Numbered from the stretch's first letter, positions 1 through 8,040 are shown. The stretch is 10,572 nt of DNA from a virus (IMGVR_UViG_2526164633_000021:1-10572); one strand, 5' to 3'. The notes: generated by a model not told the origin, from the letters alone. Numbers and translations are program-made.

Positions 1-489
1 TTGTTTCCTGTCATGACCGTTTTTAATCAGCCTCGCTATTTGCTCATGCTGTTCTTTTGTCAGCTTCGGTCGACGTCCGCCTGTGCGCCCCCGTGCGCGC
101 GCTGCCGCCTGTCCGGCCAGTGTACGTTCAACAATTAATTCACGTTCCATTTCAGCCAGGGCACCCATCACGTGGAAGAAAAAACGCCCCATTGGAGAAG
201 ATGTATCTATGCTGTCGGTCAGACTGCGAAAATTAATCCCTCGCTCCCGTAGTTCTCCGACGAGAGAAATCAGATGTTTCATGCTTCGCCCGAGGCGATC
301 CAGTTTCCAGACAACCAGCGTGTCACCTTTTTGAAGGTGCTTTAAAGCGCGTTTTAATCCCGGTCGGTCTGTCTTTGTTCCGCTTAATTTATCTTCAAAT
401 ATTTGTTCACATCCTGCACAAACAAGAGCGTTTCGTTGCAGGTCTGTATTCTGGTCATTTGTTGATACCCTTACATAACCAATCAGCAC
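1..489 (-). CDS. DNA invertase, second copy (Gin/Pin/Cin/Hin-family serine recombinase); N-terminal 163 codons, 3' end lies beyond the window start
   Basis: Reverse complement of 1-489 matches 3576-4064 with 6 substitutions and no indels. In the invertase frame these give 3 synonymous and 2 non-synonymous changes (Q->H, L->Q). Translation starts MLIGYVRVSTNDQNTDLQRNAL from a GTG at 489-487. Confidence 0.85.
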   Translation of the reverse strand, partial: MLIGYVRVSTNDQNTDLQRNALVCAGCEQIFEDKLSGTKTDRPGLKRALKHLQKGDTLVVWKLDRLGRSMKHLISLVGELRERGINFRSLTDSIDTSSPMGRFFFHVMGALAEMERELIVERTLAGQAAARARGRTGGRRPKLTKEQHEQIARLIKNGHDRKQ

Positions 490-543
490 ACTGAATCTCC
501 CGTCCAAAAGCGCAAATCATGCCATGCAGGCCGGAAACGGCCG

Positions 544-569
544 TTATCTAATACCTCGGTTTACAGGAA
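544..569. other. Site-specific recombination crossover site (gix/pix/cix/hix-like), left
   Basis: TTATCTAATACCTCGGTTTACAGGAA: a 26-bp site of two 12-bp half-sites around a 2-bp core, fitting the Gin-family half-site pattern TTATCNAAAACC. It is the inverted partner of 3496-3521, differing at one base. Confidence 0.8.
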
Positions 570-1457
570 ACGGTAAACAAGGCTGGTAACGCCGTTCAGC
601 GTTCCGGCGATAAAATGACCGGAGAACTGAAAATTGGAACGATGAATGCGCTGCGAATTTTTAATGATGCCTTCGGTCTTATTTTCCGCCGTTCAGAAGA
701 GTCCCTTCATTTCATCCCTACGGCTGAAGGACAAGGCGAAAACGGTGATATCGGCCCATTAAGGCCATTCGCTATAAATCTAAGAACAGGTGCTATATAT
801 GTCAGCCACGGGGCCAAAATTGAAGGAGGTCTAGCTATTGGTGCTACTGATAACGCACTGGGTGAAAACTCCATTGTTCTGGGAGATAACGACACCGGAT
901 TTAGGCAAGATGGAGATGGTATTATTAGCTTCTATTCAAATGGTTCGCGCATCGGACATATTGATGGGTTAGGATTACATCTTTATAAAGATATTGAATC
1001 TAATTGCAGCAATTTTAGATTAAAAAGTAATTACCGCCACCACATTACATTCACCAACGAAGACGGAAGTATTCGTATGTTTTTGTGGAAAGATAACGGT
1101 GGTGATGGTGTTCATATTAATAACGGTTCAGATGGTGGTGGTGATTTCATTTTTAAAACAGATGGGGGATTTGCGCTGGGAAGTGGTGCGCAAGTTGCGT
1201 CTAGTGGCGATATTTATGGTTCAGTGTGGGGAAACAACTGGTTAAGCACATGGCTGCATAATCATGTCGTTCGGGATATTCGTCTTGGCAGCATTGAATA
1301 TAAAAACGTATGGCGCGACTACGGCTTTGGCGATGCGTCAGGTTATGTTTTAACAGCCGCAATTAACGGCAATGCGGATGATCTTGTCGACACTGTTGCC
1401 AGAAGGCCAATTCAGAAATTGATTGGGGGAATATGGTACAACGTGGGGAGTGTTTAA
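552..1457 (+). CDS. Tail-fibre variable C-terminal cassette 1 (receptor-binding part); no own start, frame opens directly after a TAA at 549-551 inside the crossover site
   Basis: Open frame from 552 to the stop at 1455-1457. The N-terminal peptide [26 protein letters not shown] is encoded across the site. The GDKMTGEL-type motif and a Gly/Asp/Asn-rich beta-type sequence are typical of side tail fibres. The C-terminus [30 protein letters not shown] is shared with cassette 2. Confidence 0.8.
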   Translation, partial: YLGLQETVNKAGNAVQRSGDKMTGELKIGTMNALRIFNDAFGLIFRRSEESLHFIPTAEGQGENGDIGPLRPFAINLRTGAIYVSHGAKIEGGLAIGATDNALGENSIVLGDNDTGFRQDGDGIISFYSNGSRIGHIDGLGLHLYKDIESNCSNFRLKSNYRHHITFTNEDGSIRMFLWKDNGGDGVHINNGSDGGGDFIFKTDGGFALGSGAQVASSGDIYGSVWGNNWLSTWLHNHVVRDIRLGSIEYKNVWRDYGFGDASGYVLTAAINGNADDLVDTVARRPIQKLIGGIWYNVGSV

Positions 1458-1458
1458 G

Positions 1459-1986
1459 ATGATGCACTTAAAAAATATTACTGCTGGCAACCCTAAAACA
1501 AAAGAACAATACCAGCTAACTGAAAAAGCGGGCGTGGTATGGCTCTTTTGCGAAGATGGCAAAAACTGGTATGAGGAACAAAAGAATTTTCAGCCAGACA
1601 CCATAAAAATTGCTTACGATGAGAACAACATCATCGTTGCTGTCAGTAAAGACGTTTCAACTATTAATCCTGAAGGTTTTAGCGTCGTTGAGGTTCCCGA
1701 TATAACAGCCAACCGCCGCGCTGATGATTCAGGAAAGTGGATGTTTAAGGATGGAGCTGTAGTTAAACGGATTTATACAGCAGACGAACAGCAACAACAG
1801 GCCGAATCACAAAAGGCCGTATTGCTTTCCGAAGCTGAATCAGTCATCCAGCCGCTGGAACGCGCTGTCAGGCTGAATATGGCAACAGACGAGGAACGCA
1901 CACGACTGGAAGCATGGGAACGCTACAGTGTTCTGGTCAGCCGTGTGGATACGGCAAATCCTGAATGGCCACAAAAGCCTGAATAA
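1459..1986 (+). CDS. Tail fibre assembly protein (Tfa; Mu U / P2 G-like chaperone) for cassette 1
   Basis: ATGATG start 1 nt after the cassette-1 stop, with GGGGAG about 10 nt upstream. The N-terminus [20 protein letters not shown] is identical to the opposite tfa; conserved [13 protein letters not shown] and [12 protein letters not shown] blocks; the C-terminal third is divergent. Confidence 0.85.
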   Translation: MMHLKNITAGNPKTKEQYQLTEKAGVVWLFCEDGKNWYEEQKNFQPDTIKIAYDENNIIVAVSKDVSTINPEGFSVVEVPDITANRRADDSGKWMFKDGAVVKRIYTADEQQQQAESQKAVLLSEAESVIQPLERAVRLNMATDEERTRLEAWERYSVLVSRVDTANPEWPQKPE

Positions 1987-1992
1987 AAATTA

Positions 1993-2010
1993 AGGCCCGC
2001 TATCGGGCCT
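1993..2010. terminator. Bidirectional intrinsic terminator hairpin between the two convergent tfa genes
   Basis: AGGCCCG-CTAT-CGGGCCT stem-loop in the 28-bp gap between the tfa1 stop (1984-1986) and the tfa2 stop (2015-2017). The minus-strand sense is followed by a T-rich tract (TTAATTTTTATT); the plus-strand tail is weaker. Confidence 0.6.
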
Positions 2011-2014
2011 TGTC

Positions 2015-2548
2015 TCATTCAGGTTGTTCGGGAAATGTTACTGGCAGGCTGGAGGTGTCTGTAGATTCGACTTTCTGCGCATAGAGCATCCACTCAGTTA
2101 ATTTTTGTTTATTCTCGTCGGAAATGATGCCCAGCCGTAGCTGTGAGTCCCATAGCTGGGTTTTATCCCTGACAAGTTGCAACAGGCTTTGCTTTTCATT
2201 CTCTGCCTGCTGCCTCTGTTCCTCCTCGGTATAAGTTCGCTTTATCACTACGCCATCTTTGAACATCCATTTACCCGAAATATCAGCCCGGCGATTTGCT
2301 GTAATATCAGGAACCTCAACGACGCTTGCGCCTTCTGGATTAATTGCTGAAACATCCTTTTCAATACAAATAATAACGTTGTTGTGGTCATAGACCATTT
2401 TCAACGTATCAGGCTGAAAGTTCTTTTGTTCCTCATACCAGTTTTTCCCATCCTCTGTATAAAGCCATTTGATGTTAAATTGTTTCGTTAGCTGGTATTG
2501 CTCTTTTGTTTTAGGGTTGCCAGCAGTAATATTTTTTAAGTGCATCAT
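2015..2548 (-). CDS. Tail fibre assembly protein (Tfa) for cassette 2
   Basis: 177-aa ORF starting [23 protein letters not shown]. Its start lies 2 nt downstream of the cassette-2 stop. Mosaic similarity to tfa1: identical N-terminus, divergent C-terminus. Confidence 0.85.
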   Translation of the reverse strand: MMHLKNITAGNPKTKEQYQLTKQFNIKWLYTEDGKNWYEEQKNFQPDTLKMVYDHNNVIICIEKDVSAINPEGASVVEVPDITANRRADISGKWMFKDGVVIKRTYTEEEQRQQAENEKQSLLQLVRDKTQLWDSQLRLGIISDENKQKLTEWMLYAQKVESTDTSSLPVTFPEQPE

Positions 2549-2550
2549 AA

Positions 2551-3513
2551 TTAAATACTCCCCGCGTTATACCACGTTCCATTAATGCAATACTGAATTG
2601 GCCTTGCCTGAGTTGTATCAATTAATTCATCACGGTTTCCGTTAACTGAACCTGTAACGACATAACCTGACCTGTCAGACCAGCCGGGACCATTCCATGT
2701 CTGAACAGATGACAGACCGCCAAGGCGAATACCTGTAATAAACCTTGAGTTACATTCTGCCTGCGTATATGCTCCAACATCTCCCGCAGAGGGTTTGCGG
2801 GTTGTGGTGTAAAACTCTGACCAGTTAGCTTCAAAGCCATAACCATCACGCGCTGAACGATAAAAGATACCGCCATTTCTGTAATTCACGCGGAACTGTA
2901 CAGCAGGGCAACTCCCCGCATTCATATTAAAGTGGAGGATTAATGTCGATGCGCCACTGATATCTGCATTATAAACGCCGCTATTCCAGTTCCAGCCAAC
3001 AGCTTTATCATTTGCAACCCTGCTTCCTGTTTGCCCTAAAGCAAATGCAGGCTGCTGGTTTTTCGTGTTGTAGTCTCGTCGCCAGCCAGGAGCGTAAGCA
3101 TCACCATGATTAATATAAGTGAATTGAGCGTTAGTGATTCCGCCGCCGCTGGACGTACTCGGCGTGGTAACGCGTATGGTCATTGCGCCGCGAGTGCCAA
3201 TAACTTCCACCACAGCACCTGCAAGACAAATATTTCCGCAACCTGTATCTGTAATGACCTTATTGTTTGCATAAGCCCATGAGCCTTTGCACATCCAGTA
3301 AGGATGGTTAAATGCTCCCTGACTCTCCAGCCACGAAATAAATTGCGCGGTTGTCCAGACCTGACTATCACCACCAATATTCAGCCATGCGCTATATGCG
3401 CGGCAGGCACCAATATTTTTGGTGAAGGTATCTTTTCCTGGAATATCTGCGCCGTTCTGGTTTTTCTGTAATGCGCCAGAAGCCTGATTTACCGTTTCCT
3501 GTAAACCGAGGTT
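2551..3513 (-). CDS. Tail-fibre variable C-terminal cassette 2; no own start, frame opens directly after a TAA (plus 3514-3516) inside the crossover site
   Basis: The minus-strand frame is open for 73 codons upstream of the first Met at 3294, back to the crossover site. The N-terminal peptide [16 protein letters not shown] mirrors cassette 1 and is followed by unrelated sequence. The C-terminus [31 protein letters not shown] is conserved with cassette 1. Confidence 0.8.
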   Translation of the reverse strand, partial: NLGLQETVNQASGALQKNQNGADIPGKDTFTKNIGACRAYSAWLNIGGDSQVWTTAQFISWLESQGAFNHPYWMCKGSWAYANNKVITDTGCGNICLAGAVVEVIGTRGAMTIRVTTPSTSSGGGITNAQFTYINHGDAYAPGWRRDYNTKNQQPAFALGQTGSRVANDKAVGWNWNSGVYNADISGASTLILHFNMNAGSCPAVQFRVNYRNGGIFYRSARDGYGFEANWSEFYTTTRKPSAGDVGAYTQAECNSRFITGIRLGGLSSVQTWNGPGWSDRSGYVVTGSVNGNRDELIDTTQARPIQYCINGTWYNAGSI

Positions 3514-4064
3514 TTAGATAATGGCCGTTTCCGGCCTGCATGGCATGATTTGCGCTTTTGGACGGGAGATTCAGTGTGCTGATTGGTTATGTAAGGGTAT
3601 CAACAAATGACCAGAATACAGACCTGCAACGAAACGCTCTTGTTTGTGCAGGATGTGAACAAATATTTGAAGATAAATTAAGCGGAACAAAGACAGACCG
3701 ACCGGGATTAAAACGCGCTTTAAAGCAGCTTCAAAAAGGTGACACGCTGGTTGTCTGGAAACTGGATCGCCTTGGGCGAAGCATGAAACATCTGATTTCT
3801 CTCGTCGGAGAACTACGGGAGCGAGGGATTAATTTTCGCAGTCTGACCGACAGCATAGATACATCTTCTCCAATGGGGCGTTTTTTCTTCCACGTGATGG
3901 GTGCCCTGGCTGAAATGGAACGTGAATTAATTGTTGAACGTACACTGGCCGGACTGGCGGCAGCGCGCGCACGGGGGCGCACAGGCGGACGTCGACCGAA
4001 GCTGACAAAAGAACAGCATGAGCAAATAGCAAGGCTGATTAAAAACGGTCACGACAGAAAACAA
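3480..4064. repeat. Right arm of the large inverted repeat (pairs with 1-585)
   Basis: Same comparison as for the left arm. How far the duplication extends past 4064 cannot be judged because the left arm runs off the window. Confidence 0.9.
3496..3521. other. Site-specific recombination crossover site (gix/pix/cix/hix-like), right
   Basis: TTCCTGTAAACCGAGGTTTTAGATAA on the plus strand, which is the reverse complement of TTATCTAAAACCTCGGTTTACAGGAA. From memory this is within one base of the phage Mu gix site. Confidence 0.8.
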
Positions 4065-4166
4065 CTGGCAATAATTTACAGCATTGGTATATCGACAATT
4101 TATCGTTACCACCCCGCAGGAGAATCAAGTGGAACAATTGAGAAGAGTAAACAAAATAACCGCTAA
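3576..4166 (+). CDS. DNA invertase (Gin/Pin/Cin/Hin-family serine recombinase), complete
   Basis: 196 aa from GTG 3576, with GGGAGA 6 nt upstream; the ORF track's 3558 start is a TTG without an RBS. MLIGYVRVSTNDQNTDLQRNAL...GDTLVVWKLDRLGRS...MGRFFFHVMGALAEMERELIVERT match the catalytic domain of small serine invertases, with a C-terminal HTH-like region. Start codon choice is tentative. Confidence 0.9.
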   Translation: MLIGYVRVSTNDQNTDLQRNALVCAGCEQIFEDKLSGTKTDRPGLKRALKQLQKGDTLVVWKLDRLGRSMKHLISLVGELRERGINFRSLTDSIDTSSPMGRFFFHVMGALAEMERELIVERTLAGLAAARARGRTGGRRPKLTKEQHEQIARLIKNGHDRKQLAIIYSIGISTIYRYHPAGESSGTIEKSKQNNR

Positions 4167-4190
4167 TCTGGCCATTAGCGGTTTTTGTGT
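4159..4190. terminator. Bidirectional intrinsic terminator between the convergent invertase and tail U genes
   Basis: ACCGCTAAT-CTGGCC-ATTAGCGGT, a 9-bp stem, followed by TTTTTGTG on the plus strand; the minus-strand side is also T-rich. The invertase stop TAA (4164-4166) lies in the stem; the U stop is at 4195-4197. Confidence 0.65.
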
Positions 4191-4194
4191 TAAA

Positions 4195-4689
4195 TCAGAA
4201 CAGCCCTTTAACGGAGCTGGCCGCGCTGTTAAGGGATGATGTGACCTTATCTTTGAAGCCGGACAGCATATCACTGAACGATGAGGATTGCAGGCGTTCC
4301 CGCAAATCCTCATCGCAGCGTTCAAGAGTCAGTGAAAACTCTATCTTTTTCGCCTTGCCGTAGCGATCAAACTCGGAACGGGTCGTATTCGTTTCAGTCA
4401 GTACATACATGCCGTAAATCTGCCCGACACCATCAATCAGAGGCCAGGGGCGTCCTGTATATGCCTGCGTGGTCAGCAACGAAAGCGACACTTCGCCACC
4501 TGTAATTTCAGGATAAAGCACGCCGGAAAGCACGATGCGATCATCACCTGCGCCGATATACTGCCAGCTTGCTGAACGGTTAACGCGTTCATTTTTCACA
4601 TGCCGCCAGCTTTTGTTTTGCTGTAACTGCTGATGCGGCAATGTGCGCAGCTCAAAAACAAACATGCCGTAGATCATCATCATGGCCAT
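4195..4689 (-). CDS. Tail protein U-like (P2 gpU family)
   Basis: 164-aa ORF placed directly after the tape measure gene, with size and position as for P2 gpU. The first of several N-terminal Met codons is taken as the start. Confidence 0.75.
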   Translation of the reverse strand: MAMMMIYGMFVFELRTLPHQQLQQNKSWRHVKNERVNRSASWQYIGAGDDRIVLSGVLYPEITGGEVSLSLLTTQAYTGRPWPLIDGVGQIYGMYVLTETNTTRSEFDRYGKAKKIEFSLTLERCDEDLRERLQSSSFSDMLSGFKDKVTSSLNSAASSVKGLF

Positions 4690-4695
4690 GACTCC

Positions 4696-7511
4696 TCAAT
4701 CTTTATCGTAAAAACTGCCACGCCCGGCACGGGCGCGCCGTTCCATTTCTGCCCTGACCATTTCGCCAATCAGTTTCGCCAGTTCGCGGGGATTCTGTGT
4801 AACAACGTTATGCAGATGAACATGAATTTCACCGCCAAATCCGGAGGCAACAGGCTCCCGGTTACGGGAAGTTGCAGGAACTGATGCCACTGGCGATCGT
4901 ATAGCCTCCGCCACCGGGCGGGAGCTGGCCGCAACAACAGGGACCAGCGCCGGAGGCAGCGGAGCCGGAACCACGGGTGTGATAGTAATTGCGGGGGCAG
5001 GCTTACTGACCTGCGCAATCTTCCGCTCCTGCCACTCCCCACGAACAGCAAGTGCGCGGGGCAGGTTCTTAAAGACAATATCGCCGGGGCCAATGCGTTT
5101 TTTCGCTCATCAACCAGCTTACCTGTGTTATCAGCAATTTTGCTGAGTCTGCGTAGCGTACCGGTATTGCTGTCTGTGAGCGGTTTGTTGTCTTTGGGTT
5201 TATCACCTCCGGTGCCATTGCCATTTTCCACAGGCTTCGGCAGATTGATTTTCGCCAGGTCCCCCTGAAGCAAGGCAACCTTGTCCTGAAGAATGGCCGC
5301 ACGCTGTGCGTCTTCGATTTTCTTGCGCGCCCTTTCCGCTTCATCCGGAAGCACACCGAGTTTTTCAAGTATCCACGCCAGCGTATCCAGTAGCATTTTT
5401 GCAGGTGTCAGAACAAGCTGTAACGCACCGCCAAGAACGTTACCGAATATCTCGCCAGCACTGGTACATTTATCCAGCGTTTCCTTGCTGGACTCCATCG
5501 GTGACAGCAGCGATTTAAACCAGTTAAACACCTGGCTGATCCCGCTTCCGATTGCGTCAAAAACAGGGCCAAACCGTTCAAAGGTTTCGCGCAACGGGGC
5601 CAGTCGCTCCATAATCCCACTGAACACCCCGGCATAAAACGCCTTGATGGGTTCCCAGTATTTCCAGATGAGAACCGCCGCAGCGACAAACGCTGCAGCA
5701 ATCAACCCGACCGGACTGAACAGCGCCCCGATAGCGCCTCCCAGTAAAGAAACGGAACCCGTCACCATTCCCCATAGTGCTGGCAGGACCCTGACAGCAT
5801 TCATTGATCCGGTCAGGAGAGAAAAACCAAGACGCAGTTTTGCCAGCGGGCCAGCAAGCACACCAATAGCTAGCGACAACGAGCCAACCGTTGCAGTCAT
5901 TGCCAGCAACGCACCGCCTGCTATCAGTAGCTGGCGCGTCAGTGTCGGATGGGCCTGCGCCAGCGCCGTCACCCTTGATACCACCCGTGTGAGCCACTGC
6001 GTGACAGAACGCAGCGGACCGTCAATCAGATCTGCAATGCGGATGCGCAACCCTTCCCATGCACTGCCGAGTGATTTCAGATCGCCGTCAAGGTTGTTGG
6101 CCATAACCTTTGCTGTGCGTTCAGCCTCACCGCGCGCGCCTTCAAGTTCTTTTCTCAGTTTGGGTAAGGAGCCGTCACCCGCTGCATCAACGAGCGCCAT
6201 AAACGATGTGAAAGCCTCTTCTCCGGCAATGTCCTTAAAGAACGATACCCGGTCAACTTCCCCGTATTTGCGGGTGGCTTTATAAAGGTCGGCCAGTACA
6301 TCCTCCATCGGGCGCATTTTGCCGTTCGCGTCAGAGACAGCCACACCCAGCTCTTTCAGCGCCTCTGCTGCCGCCTTTGGCGGTGATGCCAGACGAGCCA
6401 GGCTGGCACGCATTGCCGTCCCGGCATCACTCCCTCTGATGCCCATATTCGCCAGCACGCCCGCCATCGCAGCGGCCTGCTCCAGCGATATTCCCAGCTT
6501 ACCCGCCACCGGACCTGCATATTTCATGGTTTCGCCCAGCGCGCGAAGGTCAGTGTTGGTACGGGTAAACGCCGCTGTAAGCGTGTCGCCAACCCGGTCC
6601 ATCTGGTCAGCAGAGAGGCCGAACTGCGTCAGGATATTTGAGCCAATATCCGCCGTCTCGCCGAGATCCATACCGCCAGCCGTTGCCATGCTCAGCACGC
6701 CGGGAAGCGCAGCCTGAATGGCCTGCGGAGTAAAACCAGCCATTGCAAGAAATGCCTGTCCACTGGCGGCATCTCCAGCGGTGAACTGCGTTTCAGAGCC
6801 AAGTTTTAACGCCTGCTCACGCAGCGCCTTAAACTGTGGGCTGTTTTTGTCGATTCGCGTCAGTGCCTGAACGCGGGACATCTCTTTCCCGAACCCAATC
6901 GCGGGCTGCAAAAAACGCCCGGCAGCATAGCCGCCCGCCGCTGCCGCACCTGTTGCCAGTGCACCACCTGTTTTCAGTTTTCCCGCGGTTTCCTGCGCGC
7001 GCGAATACCGCTCACGCGCCCGCGTTACACGCGCAAGCGCCTGCCGTTCGCGTTCAAGCTGGTTGTTGTACTGTTCGGTGCGCCTGATGGCCTGTTGAAT
7101 GGTGTTATCGCTGCCTGTCAGGGAAATGCCGTGGCGTTTCAGCTCTCCGCCAAGCTCCCGCATTTTCTGAATTTCCCGTATGCGCGATTCATTCAGGCGT
7201 TCAAGCCGGGTGCTTAACTGCTGCATCAGCTTTTGTTGCTTTTCGCTGAGCACTGTACCCGTGTGTTGTAACTGATTAAGGGCGTTAAGCTGGCGTCGAG
7301 CTTTCACGATGCCAGCATCCGCTTTACTGACAGCGTCACGGGCGCGCTCAAATGAACGCGCCTGACGCTCGAGATTTTTGATCGCCCCCTGCGTTCGCTG
7401 GATGGAGTCACCAAACTGCCCCATCAGGCGGCGGGCGTTTTCGGCAGGCCGGGTCAGCCTGTCAACGGCGCTGAAAGCGACCCGGATATCAAGAGTCTTC
7501 ATTGTCTGCAT
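4696..7511 (-). CDS. Tail tape measure protein (P2 gpT-like); reading frame disrupted by a 1-nt deficit at an A6 run (plus 5097-5103)
   Basis: N-terminal frame runs 7511 to about 5100: coiled-coil, Ala/Gly-rich and hydrophobic segments typical of tape measure proteins. The C-terminal ~134 codons (...GGEIHVHLHNVVTQNPRELAKLIGEMVRAEMERRARAGRGSFYDKD) are in the -1 frame, ending at 4696. Total length 2816 nt is not a multiple of 3. Start may be ATG 7511 or 7502, or GTG 7538. Confidence 0.85.
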
Positions 7512-8018
7512 TCCCGCTGCGAAGTGCCGCCCGCTCACGCCAGCTAACCACTTCGCCGGGCGTCATCATGAAGATTTCGGCGGGCGACCAGTTAAAAATA
7601 ACGGCAATATCTGCCACAAAGTCTTCTATGTGCTCAAAGCACACAACCGTGATCAGGCTTCCGTCGCCTGTTCGTTCTTCCCGCCAGAGTCCGCACCGCT
7701 CAAAAAATTTACGGCAACCACACATAACTGAATAAAGTCACGGGATGCCATTTTTTTGATCGTCACTTCATCCAGTCGCGGTGATGTCACGCGTGACAGC
7801 AGCGTAAACATGGATTCCGCTTTCAGATTCAGCACATCAGACAACGACAAATCTCGCAGAGATCCAGCCTGCTCAATAGCTCCGGTGATCTCCACATACG
7901 TGATTTTTTCGCCGCCTCGCTCAATTGGTTGGGTAAGTTTTACGCCACGCTCACTGGTTTCTTTCACAGTGTCAGCAACGACCGTGTTTTCGGTATCGAT
8001 GTTTTTCGTCTCTTTCAT
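7489..8018 (-). CDS. E+E' tail chaperone fusion made by a programmed -1 ribosomal frameshift
   Basis: The -1 frame after the slippery site is open for ~71 codons (ERCGLWREERTGDG...NADNEDS) and ends at 7489-7491, overlapping the tape measure start. This is the same topology as P2 E/E' and lambda G/GT. Confidence 0.7.
7653..8018 (-). CDS. Tail assembly chaperone E (P2 gpE-like), zero-frame product
   Basis: 121-aa ORF immediately upstream of the tape measure, with AAGGAG 7 nt upstream of the ATG. Contains the slippery TTTTTTG near its 3' end, as in the P2 E/E' system. Confidence 0.75.
   Translation of the reverse strand: MKETKNIDTENTVVADTVKETSERGVKLTQPIERGGEKITYVEITGAIEQAGSLRDLSLSDVLNLKAESMFTLLSRVTSPRLDEVTIKKMASRDFIQLCVVAVNFLSGADSGGKNEQATEA
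7701..7707 (-). promoter_or_regulatory. Slippery heptamer T TTT TTG for the E/E' -1 programmed frameshift
   Basis: Plus strand CAAAAAA is minus strand TTTTTTG, in register as ..AAT TTT TTG.. in the E frame. The next codon in the -1 frame is GAG, continuing the E' ORF. Confidence 0.7.
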
Positions 8019-8040
8019 CAGGAAACTCCTTTCAGTCAGA

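Larger units (their letters stand above)
1..585. repeat. Left arm of a large inverted repeat (pairs with about 3480-4064); truncated by the window edge
   Basis: Direct base-by-base comparison: left position x pairs with right position 4065-x. Identity is about 99% outside the crossover site and is lost near 578-586, inside the invertible segment. Confidence 0.9.
570..3495. mobile_element. Invertible tail-fibre host-range segment (G/C/P-segment-like) between inverted crossover sites
   Basis: Bounded by inverted 26-bp crossover sites with an adjacent invertase gene. Contains two convergent sets of tail-fibre C-terminal cassette plus tfa gene, the classic Mu G / P1 C / e14 P architecture. Confidence 0.8.

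Noticed and set aside
83-334. 83-aa ORF (plus strand) and its twin at 3731-3982 (minus strand)
   Set aside because: Both are antisense to the invertase coding sequence and are mirror images because of the inverted repeat. Their single amino-acid difference (C vs S) just reflects one substitution between the repeat arms. They are Arg/Ser-rich with no RBS, so not called as genes.
1423-1458. Upstream start (1423) for tfa1, overlapping the end of cassette 1
   Set aside because: The opposite tfa begins [10 protein letters not shown]; the same ATGATG at 1459, with an RBS and just after the cassette stop, is the consistent start.
3523-3536. Small inverted repeat GGCCG-TTTC-CGGCC between the right crossover site and the invertase start (mirrored at 529-542)
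   Set aside because: A 5-bp stem with no T-tract, too weak to call as a terminator or operator; it might belong to the invertase promoter or leader.
4770-5096. C-terminal 110 residues of the 922-aa ORF (RLRRSVSLPPQLLSHPWFRLR...)
   Set aside because: This is out-of-frame read-through after the A6 run. The conserved tape measure C-terminus is in the -1 frame (4696-5099), so the ORF-track boundary was not used.
5293-6717. Plus-strand ORFs of 114, 213 and 132 aa inside the tape measure region
   Set aside because: Antisense to a GC-rich, Ala-rich gene. The translations are low-complexity (Ser/Ala/Pro/Arg) with no RBS or recognisable domain, typical of spurious antisense ORFs.
7512-7538. GTG at 7538 as the tape measure start
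   Set aside because: It lies deep inside the E' extension. The ATG at 7511 (or 7502) gives the usual short overlap with the E' stop. Start choice remains uncertain.
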